Of a stretch of DNA of 64,000 bases, positions 41,817-51,500 are shown piece by piece. This DNA comes from Candidatus Heimdallarchaeota archaeon. GTDB taxonomy: Archaea > Asgardarchaeota > Heimdallarchaeia > JABLTI01. The stretch covers positions 64,001-128,000 of the forward strand of contig JABCTZ010000006.1 in the NCBI GenBank assembly GCA_018238155.1. The letters run 5' to 3'. The notes under the pieces are model-generated. The model saw only the letters and a list, made by a program, of their open reading frames with translations. It ran no database searches and was not told where the DNA came from. The translations under genes and the position numbers were made by a program. Positions within the stretch are counted from its first letter, which is position 1, and every line of letters starts with the position of its first letter.

Positions 41817-42902
41817 TTATACTTCCCATTTTTTACACTTACTGCCCCAACAAGCAATGGTTTTCCCATCACGAATAACTCTAATAACTTCGCAGAGATT
41901 AGAACAATCTTTACACTCAAAACCCTTAGTTTCATATTGTAAATCAGGAATATTCCAACCAACGAATTTAGTGTCATAAGATTTTTTGATCATTTTATTT
42001 AAAGCAAGAATTGCTGCACCGATTGCACCCATAACAGCAAAGTTCTCTGGAACAATAACTTCCTGATTTAATGAGCGTTGAAAGGCATCACGAATGCCAA
42101 TATTCGCAGCCACACCTCCTTGAAACATGATAGGACCAAGAATTTCTTTTCCTTTCCCGACATTGTTCAAGTAATTTCTTACTAGTGCTTCTGAAAGACC
42201 TCTGATAATATCTTCAACGGGATGACCTAATTGCTGTTTGTGTATCATATCACTTTCAGCAAATACAGTACATCGACCTGCTATACTAACTGCATGTTCG
42301 GATTTTAAAGCTAAATCACCAAACTGTTCAATTGGTATCTCGAGTCTATTTGCTTGCTGATCTAAAAATGACCCCGTACCAGCTGCACAAACAGTATTCA
42401 TAGCAAAATCAATAGCAATACCATTGCGAATTAAAATTATTTTAGAATCTTGCCCGCCTATTTCAAAAATCGTTTGGATATCCGTTCTTACATTCAAAGA
42501 AGCTACTGAGTGAGCTGTTATTTCATTTTTAACAATATCTGCTCCAACAATTAATCCGGTTAATTGTCTTGCACTACCTGTTGCTCCTACACCAGAAATA
42601 ACAAAATCTTCTCCAATCTTCTCTTTCAGTAGTACAATTCCACGCTGTACTGATTGGATGGGTTTTCCTTCTGTTCGAATATAAATTGATTCAACGAGTT
42701 CCTTATTTCCATTAATCACTGCAAGATTAGTGCTTATAGATCCAACATCTACTCCAAGGAAATATTGATTAGCTAATGCATCAGCCATTATTCCTTCATT
42801 TGTTTCTCTCAAAACTTTTCCTTTATTAGGAGAACTTACCAAATCACTTTTTTGCACTTTTATACAATCACTTTCACAATTTGTTTTAGTATTATTAGTC
42901 AT
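41817..42902 (-). CDS. acyl-CoA dehydratase activase (HgdC/BcrAD ATPase)
   Basis: GVDVGSIST, EIGGQDSK, CAAGTGSFLD, RCTVFAESD. Confidence 0.92.
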   Translation of the reverse strand: MTNNTKTNCESDCIKVQKSDLVSSPNKGKVLRETNEGIMADALANQYFLGVDVGSISTNLAVINGNKELVESIYIRTEGKPIQSVQRGIVLLKEKIGEDFVISGVGATGSARQLTGLIVGADIVKNEITAHSVASLNVRTDIQTIFEIGGQDSKIILIRNGIAIDFAMNTVCAAGTGSFLDQQANRLEIPIEQFGDLALKSEHAVSIAGRCTVFAESDMIHKQQLGHPVEDIIRGLSEALVRNYLNNVGKGKEILGPIMFQGGVAANIGIRDAFQRSLNQEVIVPENFAVMGAIGAAILALNKMIKKSYDTKFVGWNIPDLQYETKGFECKDCSNLCEVIRVIRDGKTIACWGSKCKKWEV

Positions 42903-44052
42903 AATTGAATGTCTCCCAAGTTACTTTTTCGGGTTCTTTTCCACCTAGTCTCTGTTCTCGTTTTAAATGTAACATATCTACAAAGGCTTCAAGTCGTGTT
43001 TGATATCCTGCTTCGCCTGTTTGTTCATCAACTATCATCGGTAAAACGGGCATATCATATTCTTTTGTAATGCTTGGTATTATGTTTTGAGCACTAAGTT
43101 CTGGAATACATGAAAATGGCCATACATGCACCATTCCATCCCAACCTTTCTTTTTCAAGAAAATCGTCGTTCCAATGCTCTCTTGTCCATCCCCTCCAAT
43201 ATACTCTTGCATATATGGTCTTGCTTCTTTTCTATAAACTTTGTAATATTCCTTTTTGAATGGGTTGATTTTTGCCGGAATGTCTGAGAATTTCTTTAAG
43301 GACACTCCACATCGTGCTGCTACGCCAAGTTTGTTCAAACGACGGTAAAGATCTAAATGAAGCATTGGTTCTAATACTGCATAGATTTCCCCTATGACCC
43401 CTACTTTCAATGGTATAATTGATTCATCAACTTCTATTTCATTTTTGAAAATGGCTGGTATTTCTTTATGGAATTTCTTTACTTCTCTAACTTTACGTAA
43501 CTTGAAGAGTTTTTCGTAAACTTTTGCTGCGACATTATCAGTTGTATCTTCAACTGCTTCTACTGCACGATAAAAATTGATGAGGTTCTCAATAAGATCT
43601 ATTGAATAATTCTTGGTCCAAATTTTTCGTAAAACACCAATTGTTTTCAAGGTGCTGAAACCGTTGCTGATTTCCTTGAAGTCTTTTATCATTTCAATCG
43701 GTTTATGGTAATCAATATTAGTGTATTTAACCGTATATCCTAAGTCTTTACAGATTACTCTTTGAACTGGACCATAACAACTTGCTCGACAAGTACCAAT
43801 TCCGCCAATTTGGAAAACATGATCTGCTCCTCGTTCAATACTATCTAGTAGAGACCCAAGGCATAATTTGAAAGGTGTGCACATCCATTCTGGAGAATGT
43901 TTAGATCCACGGGTAATTGTTTCCTTATTCGGTGGTGTAGGCTCAATGATATTTTCTTCTGGTACTTCTAGTTCTTGAAAGACTGATTTAAATAATAAGG
44001 TTAGTGAACCAAAATAGGGATAAGTAACAGGCATAAATTTTAACTCCATCAA
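42895..44052 (-). CDS. 2-hydroxyacyl-CoA dehydratase-related subunit
   Basis: SPEWMCTPFK, GTCRASCY, PFSCIPE, DEQTGEAGYQTRLEAF. Confidence 0.8.
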   Translation of the reverse strand: MMELKFMPVTYPYFGSLTLLFKSVFQELEVPEENIIEPTPPNKETITRGSKHSPEWMCTPFKLCLGSLLDSIERGADHVFQIGGIGTCRASCYGPVQRVICKDLGYTVKYTNIDYHKPIEMIKDFKEISNGFSTLKTIGVLRKIWTKNYSIDLIENLINFYRAVEAVEDTTDNVAAKVYEKLFKLRKVREVKKFHKEIPAIFKNEIEVDESIIPLKVGVIGEIYAVLEPMLHLDLYRRLNKLGVAARCGVSLKKFSDIPAKINPFKKEYYKVYRKEARPYMQEYIGGDGQESIGTTIFLKKKGWDGMVHVWPFSCIPELSAQNIIPSITKEYDMPVLPMIVDEQTGEAGYQTRLEAFVDMLHLKREQRLGGKEPEKVTWETFNYD

Positions 44053-45203
44053 GCTAATACCATTGGGGAATCTTTCTTTGTTCCCGGAAGAGAAACTCCT
44101 TCTTTCATCTTCTTTAAACGTAGGATATCTGTGAATGCTTCTAATCGGGTAAGAAAACCAGCCTCTCCTGTATGTGCATCTAAAGTGATAATCATTAATG
44201 GTGTTTCAGATTTAATTCTCTTAGAAAATTGTTTCACATATTCCAGAGAAACAGAGACAGGTCCACAAATGAAATTTACCAACATTAATACACCATCTAT
44301 TTTTTTATTTTCAAGATAGTGCATTGTCGTTCCAACAAGTTCATGTTCAAATTCAAAATAGAGATAATCGTTTTCCCCGAGAAAATATTTTTCTTTCTCT
44401 TCTTTGGTAACATTATCTATATCTTTAACCATCAGCCCATAATCATCAAATGTTAATCGTTTTATTTGGCGTTCTATTATTGAACGCGGCATTTGTTGAG
44501 CAGTAATAATATCTACGCCCAATTGTTGCATTTTTTTCCTCATCTCCAAAGAGGCGAATTCATCATTAATAACATATGGGTGGCTAACTACTGCAATTTT
44601 CAAGACTTCTTCTCCATCTTGGATATTGGGTGGATCATTCAGTAAGATTTCTGAATGCTCCCATTTTGCCAAATCCTCTTCGCTGATAATTAAATTGTTC
44701 AGATATTTCTTATCCGCTCTTAATCCTTTGATGGTAGCATTTAGGATTTTAAATGGGTTCTTTGTGAAATGAAATCCAATTTGGAATACTATTTTTAGTA
44801 AGCGTAATAGTCCATGTCCTTCTCGAGAGGTTGAATAATACGGTCCAAAAACCGGTGGAGCGTTTTCAAAAGTTGCCTTTATGATGTCCGCTAAAGCAAT
44901 GAATTTTGGACATCCAACTTCTTTTTTCTTTCTACTGGCAAATCTTGGAACAAATAAATAGTCTACTTTATCTTGCAGTTCAAGAATGTGCCCATAAAAT
45001 AATTTTGCTGAATAACAGTCGTCATCTAATGTAGATTTAATTCCATTAGTTTTCATTTGTTTTGTTGTTGGAGCTGAAATAACAACTTCTGCACCTAGTT
45101 TCTCAAAAAAAGTCGTCCACATTGCTTCAAATTTAAAGAACAGTAGTGCACGTGGAATACCAACGCGTTTCTTCTTTTTTTGTGCAAGTGATCTCTTTGA
45201 CAT
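44049..45203 (-). CDS. DUF2229 activase-related subunit
   Basis: VGIPRAL, GCPKF, FICGP, DAHTGEAGFLTRLEAF. Confidence 0.85.
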   Translation of the reverse strand: MSKRSLAQKKKKRVGIPRALLFFKFEAMWTTFFEKLGAEVVISAPTTKQMKTNGIKSTLDDDCYSAKLFYGHILELQDKVDYLFVPRFASRKKKEVGCPKFIALADIIKATFENAPPVFGPYYSTSREGHGLLRLLKIVFQIGFHFTKNPFKILNATIKGLRADKKYLNNLIISEEDLAKWEHSEILLNDPPNIQDGEEVLKIAVVSHPYVINDEFASLEMRKKMQQLGVDIITAQQMPRSIIERQIKRLTFDDYGLMVKDIDNVTKEEKEKYFLGENDYLYFEFEHELVGTTMHYLENKKIDGVLMLVNFICGPVSVSLEYVKQFSKRIKSETPLMIITLDAHTGEAGFLTRLEAFTDILRLKKMKEGVSLPGTKKDSPMVLA

Positions 45204-45427
45204 TCTTCTTTTCCTCTTTAGATTGACTGAAAGAAACTTTTTATAATTCTTTCCTTACTAATCATTATTTAATATACAACTTAAATTAACCTTAATCTCT
45301 TCTATTATAAAAGAGAACTTTTTTTCTTATTTATTATCAGAATCATTTCTCGAAGTGATGAGAATGCTTTTTTAATACCTTGAAAACATTCAAGTAGGAA
45401 AATAAATTGATGAAATGAGGGTATCTT

Positions 45428-45679
45428 TTGTCAAGTTGTGATAATAAAAGAAAGAAAACATTGGATATGCTACTTATTTCTATTAGAAATAATGAACTCT
45501 TTGAACTTCTTAAAGAATACTTGAGATTAAAGAATAATTTCGAAGAGCCTATTGATGCTAAAAAAATGAGAGAAAGAGCTGAAGAATGTTTGCAAGAAGA
45601 TTTATTAGATTATGCTCGTGCATATAAGCTTCTTAAACTTGCTACGAAAATTCTGAAAGCTTGTAATGGTATAAAATAA
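45428..45679 (+). CDS. small hypothetical protein
   Basis: ORF with GAGG upstream. Confidence 0.55.
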   Translation: MSSCDNKRKKTLDMLLISIRNNELFELLKEYLRLKNNFEEPIDAKKMRERAEECLQEDLLDYARAYKLLKLATKILKACNGIK

Positions 45680-45693
45680 TAGTAATGAAGTTT

Positions 45694-46404
45694 TCACTTC
45701 ATTACATCATCTGGTTTGAGTGTTGTCCAGATTTTTGCTTCTCCTGAGCGTATCTTTTTGAATTCTGGAATGTAGCGAAGGAGAATAATTGCCAATATGC
45801 CAAACGAATATAGAACTGTGAACGGTATTCCATACCCTGAACCGTCTACTAGGTAACTATGTGGAAATATTTGTATTATTTGTGTTCCAGGACCTATCAA
45901 ATCTAGAATGAAAAACACTGGTGAAATTAAGCTTACACCCCAACCCGAACCAACACCAGAATAACCTGAAAATCTACTTAACAGAACAATGAGTAATGGG
46001 AAGATAAGTGGTCCAATAGGCCAGTAGAAGAACATCAACGTTCCTGCCATTGTAGCGAGTCCTTTGCCTCCTTTAAATCCTAAATAAGGCATCCAACAAT
46101 GTCCTGCTACTGCAGCTAATGCTGTTAACACTACAAGATAATCTAAATGCGGATGATTACGCGCCAATGCGTATTCTACAATAGCACATGCAGCTGCACC
46201 TTTTACAAGATCAGTACCTCCGACTAACATTCCCCACCATACTCCTGTTGCTCGGATAGCGTTTCTTGTGCTTACTGAGCCTGAACCAAATTCACGTGGG
46301 TCTATTCCCTTTACTAATTTACATACAATGAATGATGTAGGGAATCCTCCTAATAATAAACCAATAATTGGGGCAACAAAAAATTGCCATATAATTGATG
46401 CCAT
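45694..46404 (-). CDS. plsY: glycerol-3-phosphate acyltransferase PlsY family (divergent)
   Basis: GIDPREFGSG..STRN, DLVKG, AVAGH, FKGGKGLAT; multi-TM. Confidence 0.85.
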   Translation of the reverse strand: MASIIWQFFVAPIIGLLLGGFPTSFIVCKLVKGIDPREFGSGSVSTRNAIRATGVWWGMLVGGTDLVKGAAACAIVEYALARNHPHLDYLVVLTALAAVAGHCWMPYLGFKGGKGLATMAGTLMFFYWPIGPLIFPLLIVLLSRFSGYSGVGSGWGVSLISPVFFILDLIGPGTQIIQIFPHSYLVDGSGYGIPFTVLYSFGILAIILLRYIPEFKKIRSGEAKIWTTLKPDDVMK

Positions 46405-46433
46405 TTTTATTTTTCTCCTGGTTTCTTTTGACT

Positions 46434-47330
46434 TTAATTCTTAGTGTTTTCAAGCCAAGAATTTTCATATTCTCCAAGATAACCTAAAGTTAATGATTTC
46501 TTGCCAACAAAGTTTGCTACAATTGCTCCTGTCTCTTGAATAATTATCTTTTTGTTTTTAGGATTATATTGTTGCATATATTTAACGATATCCTCAGCTG
46601 CTTCAAGCCAACGAGTGTGCCCGATAATCACGTGATCACTATACCCATTGATATTTTCTAAAGCTGCTCTGCCATATTTCTTCATTTGTTGAATAATGAT
46701 TTCATCATTTGCTCTTATTTTTCCTTGAACAATTATTTTTCCTTCTTCTAATTTAACAATGGGTTTTACTTTAAAGAAATCAGCGAGATACTTCTTTGTT
46801 TTGGGTACTCGTCCTGTTCTCACAAGATTTTCCATAGTGGATATAATCCCTGCAAAATTTATTTCTTCCATAAATTCAGTTAACTTTTCAATTATCGCTT
46901 CAAATGACATCTCATTTTGTGCCATTTTTCCTGCTTCTAAAACTAAAATTGCTAATGCAACGCTTGTTACTTTGGAATCAATGATGTGGATTTTCTTTTC
47001 TGGGAACCTCTGATTAACTAAAGCTTGTGTATTTGTTGCGATAGGTGACATTAGATTTGAAACGAAAATACCAATGACTGTATCTGCTTTTTGCAATGCT
47101 TCCTCTACTTTTTGAAAGATACTTCCAGGTGATGGTGTGGATGTTGTTGGTATTTCAGATGCCGTTCTTTCATAGTATTCATCAAGAGTTAATTCTCCTG
47201 TTGGACCACTAGAATTAAAAACGTGGTCAGAAAAAATAATCTTTACTGGAATTATTGTTATATCTAATTTTTCAATTAATTCCACAGGTAAATCGCATGT
47301 ATCGTCACTGATTATTGCTACTTTTGCCAT
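46434..47330 (-). CDS. degV: DegV/FakB fatty-acid-binding protein
   Basis: IISDDTCDLP, PTTSTPSPG, IIDSK, NLVRTGRV, VKPIV. Confidence 0.92.
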   Translation of the reverse strand: MAKVAIISDDTCDLPVELIEKLDITIIPVKIIFSDHVFNSSGPTGELTLDEYYERTASEIPTTSTPSPGSIFQKVEEALQKADTVIGIFVSNLMSPIATNTQALVNQRFPEKKIHIIDSKVTSVALAILVLEAGKMAQNEMSFEAIIEKLTEFMEEINFAGIISTMENLVRTGRVPKTKKYLADFFKVKPIVKLEEGKIIVQGKIRANDEIIIQQMKKYGRAALENINGYSDHVIIGHTRWLEAAEDIVKYMQQYNPKNKKIIIQETGAIVANFVGKKSLTLGYLGEYENSWLENTKN

Positions 47331-47501
47331 TGAATGATATCTCCTACAATATCTGTTTTTATTATAATTTCCCCTGGAAAAACCAGGTTAGATTGTTATT
47401 TTTACTTTCATCATTAAAAAAATATCTAAGAAAATCACTTTTGGAGTAAGTAAAAATGAATTTTTCCTTCAAAAAAAACATTTAAATGGTACTCAGATGA
47501 G

Positions 47502-47912
47502 TTACTCACCTGCTTGTCCGTATTTGAAATCTGGTGCACAAAAGCTTGATTTTTCACCTTTTAACCATGCGTTTAGGTTATCTTTCTCGTAAACGACCTT
47601 GTCATTAATCGAGAGTTTTATTTTATTAAGGCACCAATCATCATCTCTTGCAGTTTGTGTTCTTTTCTTGAAACACAAATAACGGAAGGTAGAACTATCC
47701 ATATTCTCTGGTACATCTAAATCAAAGCTATCTGTATTTCCTCTTTCAAAATCATCATAATGAGGTTTGTCTAGGTCCCATTCATGACCACCAACGTAGA
47801 GTACTACTGGATCATCTGTTGAGCTTCTTCTTTTCTCACTGCAAGTTGTGAGCTCGATGACAATTTTGTTAATTTTTTCGTAATTTTTGCCAGTCATTAT
47901 TTCTTCCTTCAT
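47502..47912 (-). CDS. stand-alone PLAT/LH2 domain protein
   Basis: STDDPV.L, DDFERGNTDSF, DDWCLNKI, NAWL are the PLAT signature. Confidence 0.75.
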   Translation of the reverse strand: MKEEIMTGKNYEKINKIVIELTTCSEKRRSSTDDPVVLYVGGHEWDLDKPHYDDFERGNTDSFDLDVPENMDSSTFRYLCFKKRTQTARDDDWCLNKIKLSINDKVVYEKDNLNAWLKGEKSSFCAPDFKYGQAGE

Positions 47913-47919
47913 TGAATTA

Positions 47920-48258
47920 TTATCTATGGTGATACTGCCTTTGAACTATAAAACAGTATTCTTTAAACTTCATGAAAATAGATAAAATATGGAAGACAAA
48001 CAGAAATGATTTCCTTTTTGATTTCGGTTCTCTTCCACATTCAATTCGAATACCTTTTCCAATTCCCGCGACGACTGCTACAATTTCTCCCCAAATTGCT
48101 TTTTTTTGTCATTTAATTTCATCTTTTTTTACTCTAATTTCTTCATTAGATGAATTTTGAGAAGAATCAAATAAGTCGGTCAAAGTTCTGTTTGTATAAA
48201 CCATCCTTTCTTTGATCCAGATGGTTCCTCTCCTTGATTTCCCTTTTGAATCCATCAT
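47920..48258 (-). pseudogene. possible interrupted ORF (in-frame TGA 48109-48111)
   Basis: MMDSKGKSRRGTIWIKE...EIK*QKKAIWGEIVAVVAGIGKGIRIEC; frame is open on both sides of the stop. Confidence 0.35.
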
Positions 48259-48457
48259 AGAACTTGAACGATATATCGTTAAAGCGATATATAATTCTTA
48301 CTACAAATATTCACTAATTCTGTAAGTGTATCTTTTTCTTCCTTTGATAAAATTAAGCGTTGGGTTCTTCAGAATTCAAAAGATTTTGTTTGATTCATTT
48401 CTTAAATTGGGAAATATCTATTAAATGCTACATTCAAATTTTTGATTGTGAACCAAA

Positions 48458-49021
48458 TTGATTTCTAAGACCGGTTGGTCAATAGAAAAAGGAAGAAACG
48501 GACTGCCTGTATGGCGGTTAAATCGAATACTGTCAATTATCCATAAGCACGCAATTAACTTGGTAGATGCAAATAGAGAAACACCCCTTGTTTGGAGTAT
48601 AATGCATATGCATACCACAATGCAGTTAGCAAAACTGATTGCTTTGCAAAGAAATATTGATCCCGAACTTGCTGGTTTGGTATGTGTATTCCATGATATT
48701 TACACACTTTACACTGGATTTCATAAAGACCATGGGTTGTTAGCAGAAAAACACATTGTGGAAATTATTGCTGAATATAATGAAAACACTCGAGATGAAT
48801 TGTCTCCCGTAACTGCAGAAGAACAAATGTGTATCATTGCGGCTGTTAAAGTACATAGTGATAAACAATCAATGGAAGAAAACGTTTACGCGGAATTGTT
48901 GAAGGATGTGGATAGTTTGGATAGTTATTTAGCAGGATTTACTCCCGGGCGAAAGTCTGGAAGAATTCCGCGAATAAATACTCTCTTCAAAAGTTTAAAT
49001 TTAGACTGCCGTGTCGAATGA
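48458..49021 (+). CDS. HD-domain phosphohydrolase
   Basis: H...FHDI...DHG...HS...KDVDSLD. Confidence 0.85.
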   Translation: MISKTGWSIEKGRNGLPVWRLNRILSIIHKHAINLVDANRETPLVWSIMHMHTTMQLAKLIALQRNIDPELAGLVCVFHDIYTLYTGFHKDHGLLAEKHIVEIIAEYNENTRDELSPVTAEEQMCIIAAVKVHSDKQSMEENVYAELLKDVDSLDSYLAGFTPGRKSGRIPRINTLFKSLNLDCRVE

Positions 49022-49046
49022 GCATTGAGAAAAAAGTTCTGAGGAT

Positions 49047-49292
49047 TCATTCCTCTATATCTGCTGACCAATAATTGCCGCGTTGCCTTCGCTTTAATTC
49101 TGCTTGTTTAGATTTATTCCAATTTTGAATTTCTGAGAAATAGCCTACAATTCTACTAATACCGTAAACATTGTTGCTACCACATGATGGACACGTGCAT
49201 TTTTCCTCAGAACCACTTGATTCTAAATTTTCATTTATACAATGCTTTTTGAGGTTTTTCTCTTTCAATTTGTCTTTGCTCTGATAAATCAT
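49047..49292 (-). CDS. small NrdD C-terminal-like protein (Zn ribbon + glycyl-radical loop)
   Basis: CPSCGS.NV..ISRIVGYFS...WNKSKQAELKRR. Confidence 0.85.
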   Translation of the reverse strand: MIYQSKDKLKEKNLKKHCINENLESSGSEEKCTCPSCGSNNVYGISRIVGYFSEIQNWNKSKQAELKRRQRGNYWSADIEE

Positions 49293-49578
49293 TCATCCCT
49301 CTAATCATTAGATCGTGATTTTATATTAACTAATTATACATTGTGTTTGTTTATTTAAATCATTTATCTCTAGAGATAACCTAAACTATTCTATTTCTTC
49401 GTCTAGACAAAAGGTTATGCTATCTCTCATGTTCAAAATCCAAAGATACGCGATTATTCCTCCTGTGTTTGGTTTACATAAAAATGTTCATTTTGCAATG
49501 GTTAGAAAGAACTTCGTCATAGATTGATAGAAATACATAGTAAAATCTTGGTTTGTTTGCTAAACCATTGCTTTTTCT

Positions 49579-50103
49579 CTAACGCAATATTTTTGCTTTA
49601 CAAACTGGACAATTTTTCATAGTAGTAAACCAAATCATTAGATTTATTTTATCAAAATATGATTTGCATTGAAGGCATTGTAAAACATCCCGATCTGTTA
49701 ATATTGGTATTCTGCTAACTGTACAGATATATTTCTTCTTTTTTACTTTTGCAATATTCATTTTTTTGATTTTTTCTAAATCTTCTTCTGAGAATTTTTT
49801 AGTTAATTCTTCAACATCTATTTGCTTTCCATTACTTTTTGTTTGAATTAATTGTTCTTGATATTCTGCTTCGATCCTTTGATTTCTTTCCTCTCGTGTT
49901 TTTTTTGCCTCTTTCCGAATTTCAAATATGATCCCCAAAATTATTGGAATTAAACTATTTAATGCTGTAATTACTAAAATAAATAATTCCTTCAAATTTA
50001 TAGCTAAAACTATTCCTATTATCCAATTAAGAATGAAACAGCTGAAAGCTAATACAATTTCTTTAGTTGGTTTTAGCATTCGTTTCCATTTTGCTCTTCT
50101 CAT
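49579..50103 (-). CDS. 2-TM membrane protein with degenerate C-terminal RING-like domain
   Basis: CTVS...CLQC..YF...L..W......CPVCK. Confidence 0.65.
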   Translation of the reverse strand: MRRAKWKRMLKPTKEIVLAFSCFILNWIIGIVLAINLKELFILVITALNSLIPIILGIIFEIRKEAKKTREERNQRIEAEYQEQLIQTKSNGKQIDVEELTKKFSEEDLEKIKKMNIAKVKKKKYICTVSRIPILTDRDVLQCLQCKSYFDKINLMIWFTTMKNCPVCKAKILR

Positions 50104-50249
50104 TCTTCATCCCTTTTACATTATTTGATAAAAAAATTATCTCTCCATATTTCGTTAGGCTTTTTTATTTATAATAATATTTATATATCGGGGCTCCCCA
50201 TACCATCCTCAGAGATGTTCTGGAGATTCTCTTAAAAGGTGAAATAATC

Positions 50250-50699
50250 ATGTATAAAGAGTCAAAAATGGAAAAATTAACAATAAATTTACCCCCTGTA
50301 GAGCTTGCAAGAATAGATATTCTGGTAGAAGCAGGAATCTACCCAAATAGAACAGAGCTAATTCGAACTGCTGTCCGTAAGACTTTGGATGAAAATCAAG
50401 ATTTTATCAAAGAACGCATCTCTCAATTCAGAGAGGAATTTGATCAAAAGAAGGAGGGAAATGATTCTGATAAATACTCTACGAAAATGTTTTACATGGG
50501 TGTAGTGAATTTGGGTGTTAAAACGTTTGAAAAGGCGATGAAAGACGGCAAAAAAATTCGTGTTGTAGCTTTTGGTTTACTATCAATCGATAACAAAGTA
50601 ACTATAGAACAGATTGAACAAACCGTTGAAAGGATTAGAGTTTATGGTGTACTAGTCGCCTCGCCTAAAATAAAAAAAGCTCTAGCAGGAAAGCGGTAA
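50250..50699 (+). CDS. ribbon-helix-helix (CopG/Arc/MetJ) regulator
   Basis: KLTINLP...IDILVEAGIYPNRTELIRTAVR. Confidence 0.88.
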   Translation: MYKESKMEKLTINLPPVELARIDILVEAGIYPNRTELIRTAVRKTLDENQDFIKERISQFREEFDQKKEGNDSDKYSTKMFYMGVVNLGVKTFEKAMKDGKKIRVVAFGLLSIDNKVTIEQIEQTVERIRVYGVLVASPKIKKALAGKR

Positions 50700-50720
50700 A
50701 TATACGTTTGGTGATTGGTT

Positions 50721-50840
50721 ATGAAAACTAAGAAAACAATCATTGTGCCAGATATTACTTATAATTTACCTTGTGTAAGAATTGAATTAAAATTTAGAGA
50801 AAAGAAACTACGAGTAATTATCTCACTCCTTGTATACTAG
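50721..50840 (+). CDS. small protein (39 aa)
   Basis: GGTGA RBS; MKTKKTIIVPDITYNLPCVRIELKF...; follows the RHH gene. Confidence 0.45.
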   Translation: MKTKKTIIVPDITYNLPCVRIELKFREKKLRVIISLLVY

Positions 50841-51027
50841 TTATAATCTTTGTTTATTGGTTGAAGTGGAGATAGACTCAAAATTCTTTCTCACTTTATT
50901 TTATTTTTTCACTTATTTTGTCCCTATCAAAGCACTCTTATACTTGACCGACAAAATTAATGGTTGTATGGTAGATTAGTAAAATAATCGAGTGTAAAAA
51001 CTAGTATTAAATATGTAATTAAATTGG

Positions 51028-51396
51028 ATGTTCATTAGAATGAAAATTATGATTGTTGAAGATGATCCACTTATCAGACAGTTATTTGTTGAAGCTCTAT
51101 CAAAGAACGGATACGAAGTCATTGCAGTTGCTTCAAATGGTGCTGATGCTATTATGATGTACAACAATCTCAACCAAAAACCGGATATTATTATTTTAGA
51201 CTTCCGTTTACCTGAAAAAAATGGTTTTGAAGTTTCACAAGAAATCTTAGCGACCAATTCTAGTGCTGAGATTCTTATGATCAGTGGTGACCCAACGTTT
51301 GATCGAAAAGCGATTATTAATCGTGGTATCAACTTCATGCAAAAACCTGTTGAAATAAACGCAGTTATTAATGAAATATCATCAATTTGTGGATAA
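51028..51396 (+). CDS. single-domain response regulator receiver
   Basis: IVEDD, IILDFRLP..NG, ISG, QKP. Confidence 0.92.
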   Translation: MFIRMKIMIVEDDPLIRQLFVEALSKNGYEVIAVASNGADAIMMYNNLNQKPDIIILDFRLPEKNGFEVSQEILATNSSAEILMISGDPTFDRKAIINRGINFMQKPVEINAVINEISSICG

Positions 51397-51500
51397 TTAA
51401 AAAAACTCTGGGATGACCTTTTCTCCAAAAGAAACAAATAGTATAATTAGTTTACCAAACCAGCGTTAACAAATAATGAGTTATCTTTGGGGAAAATAAA

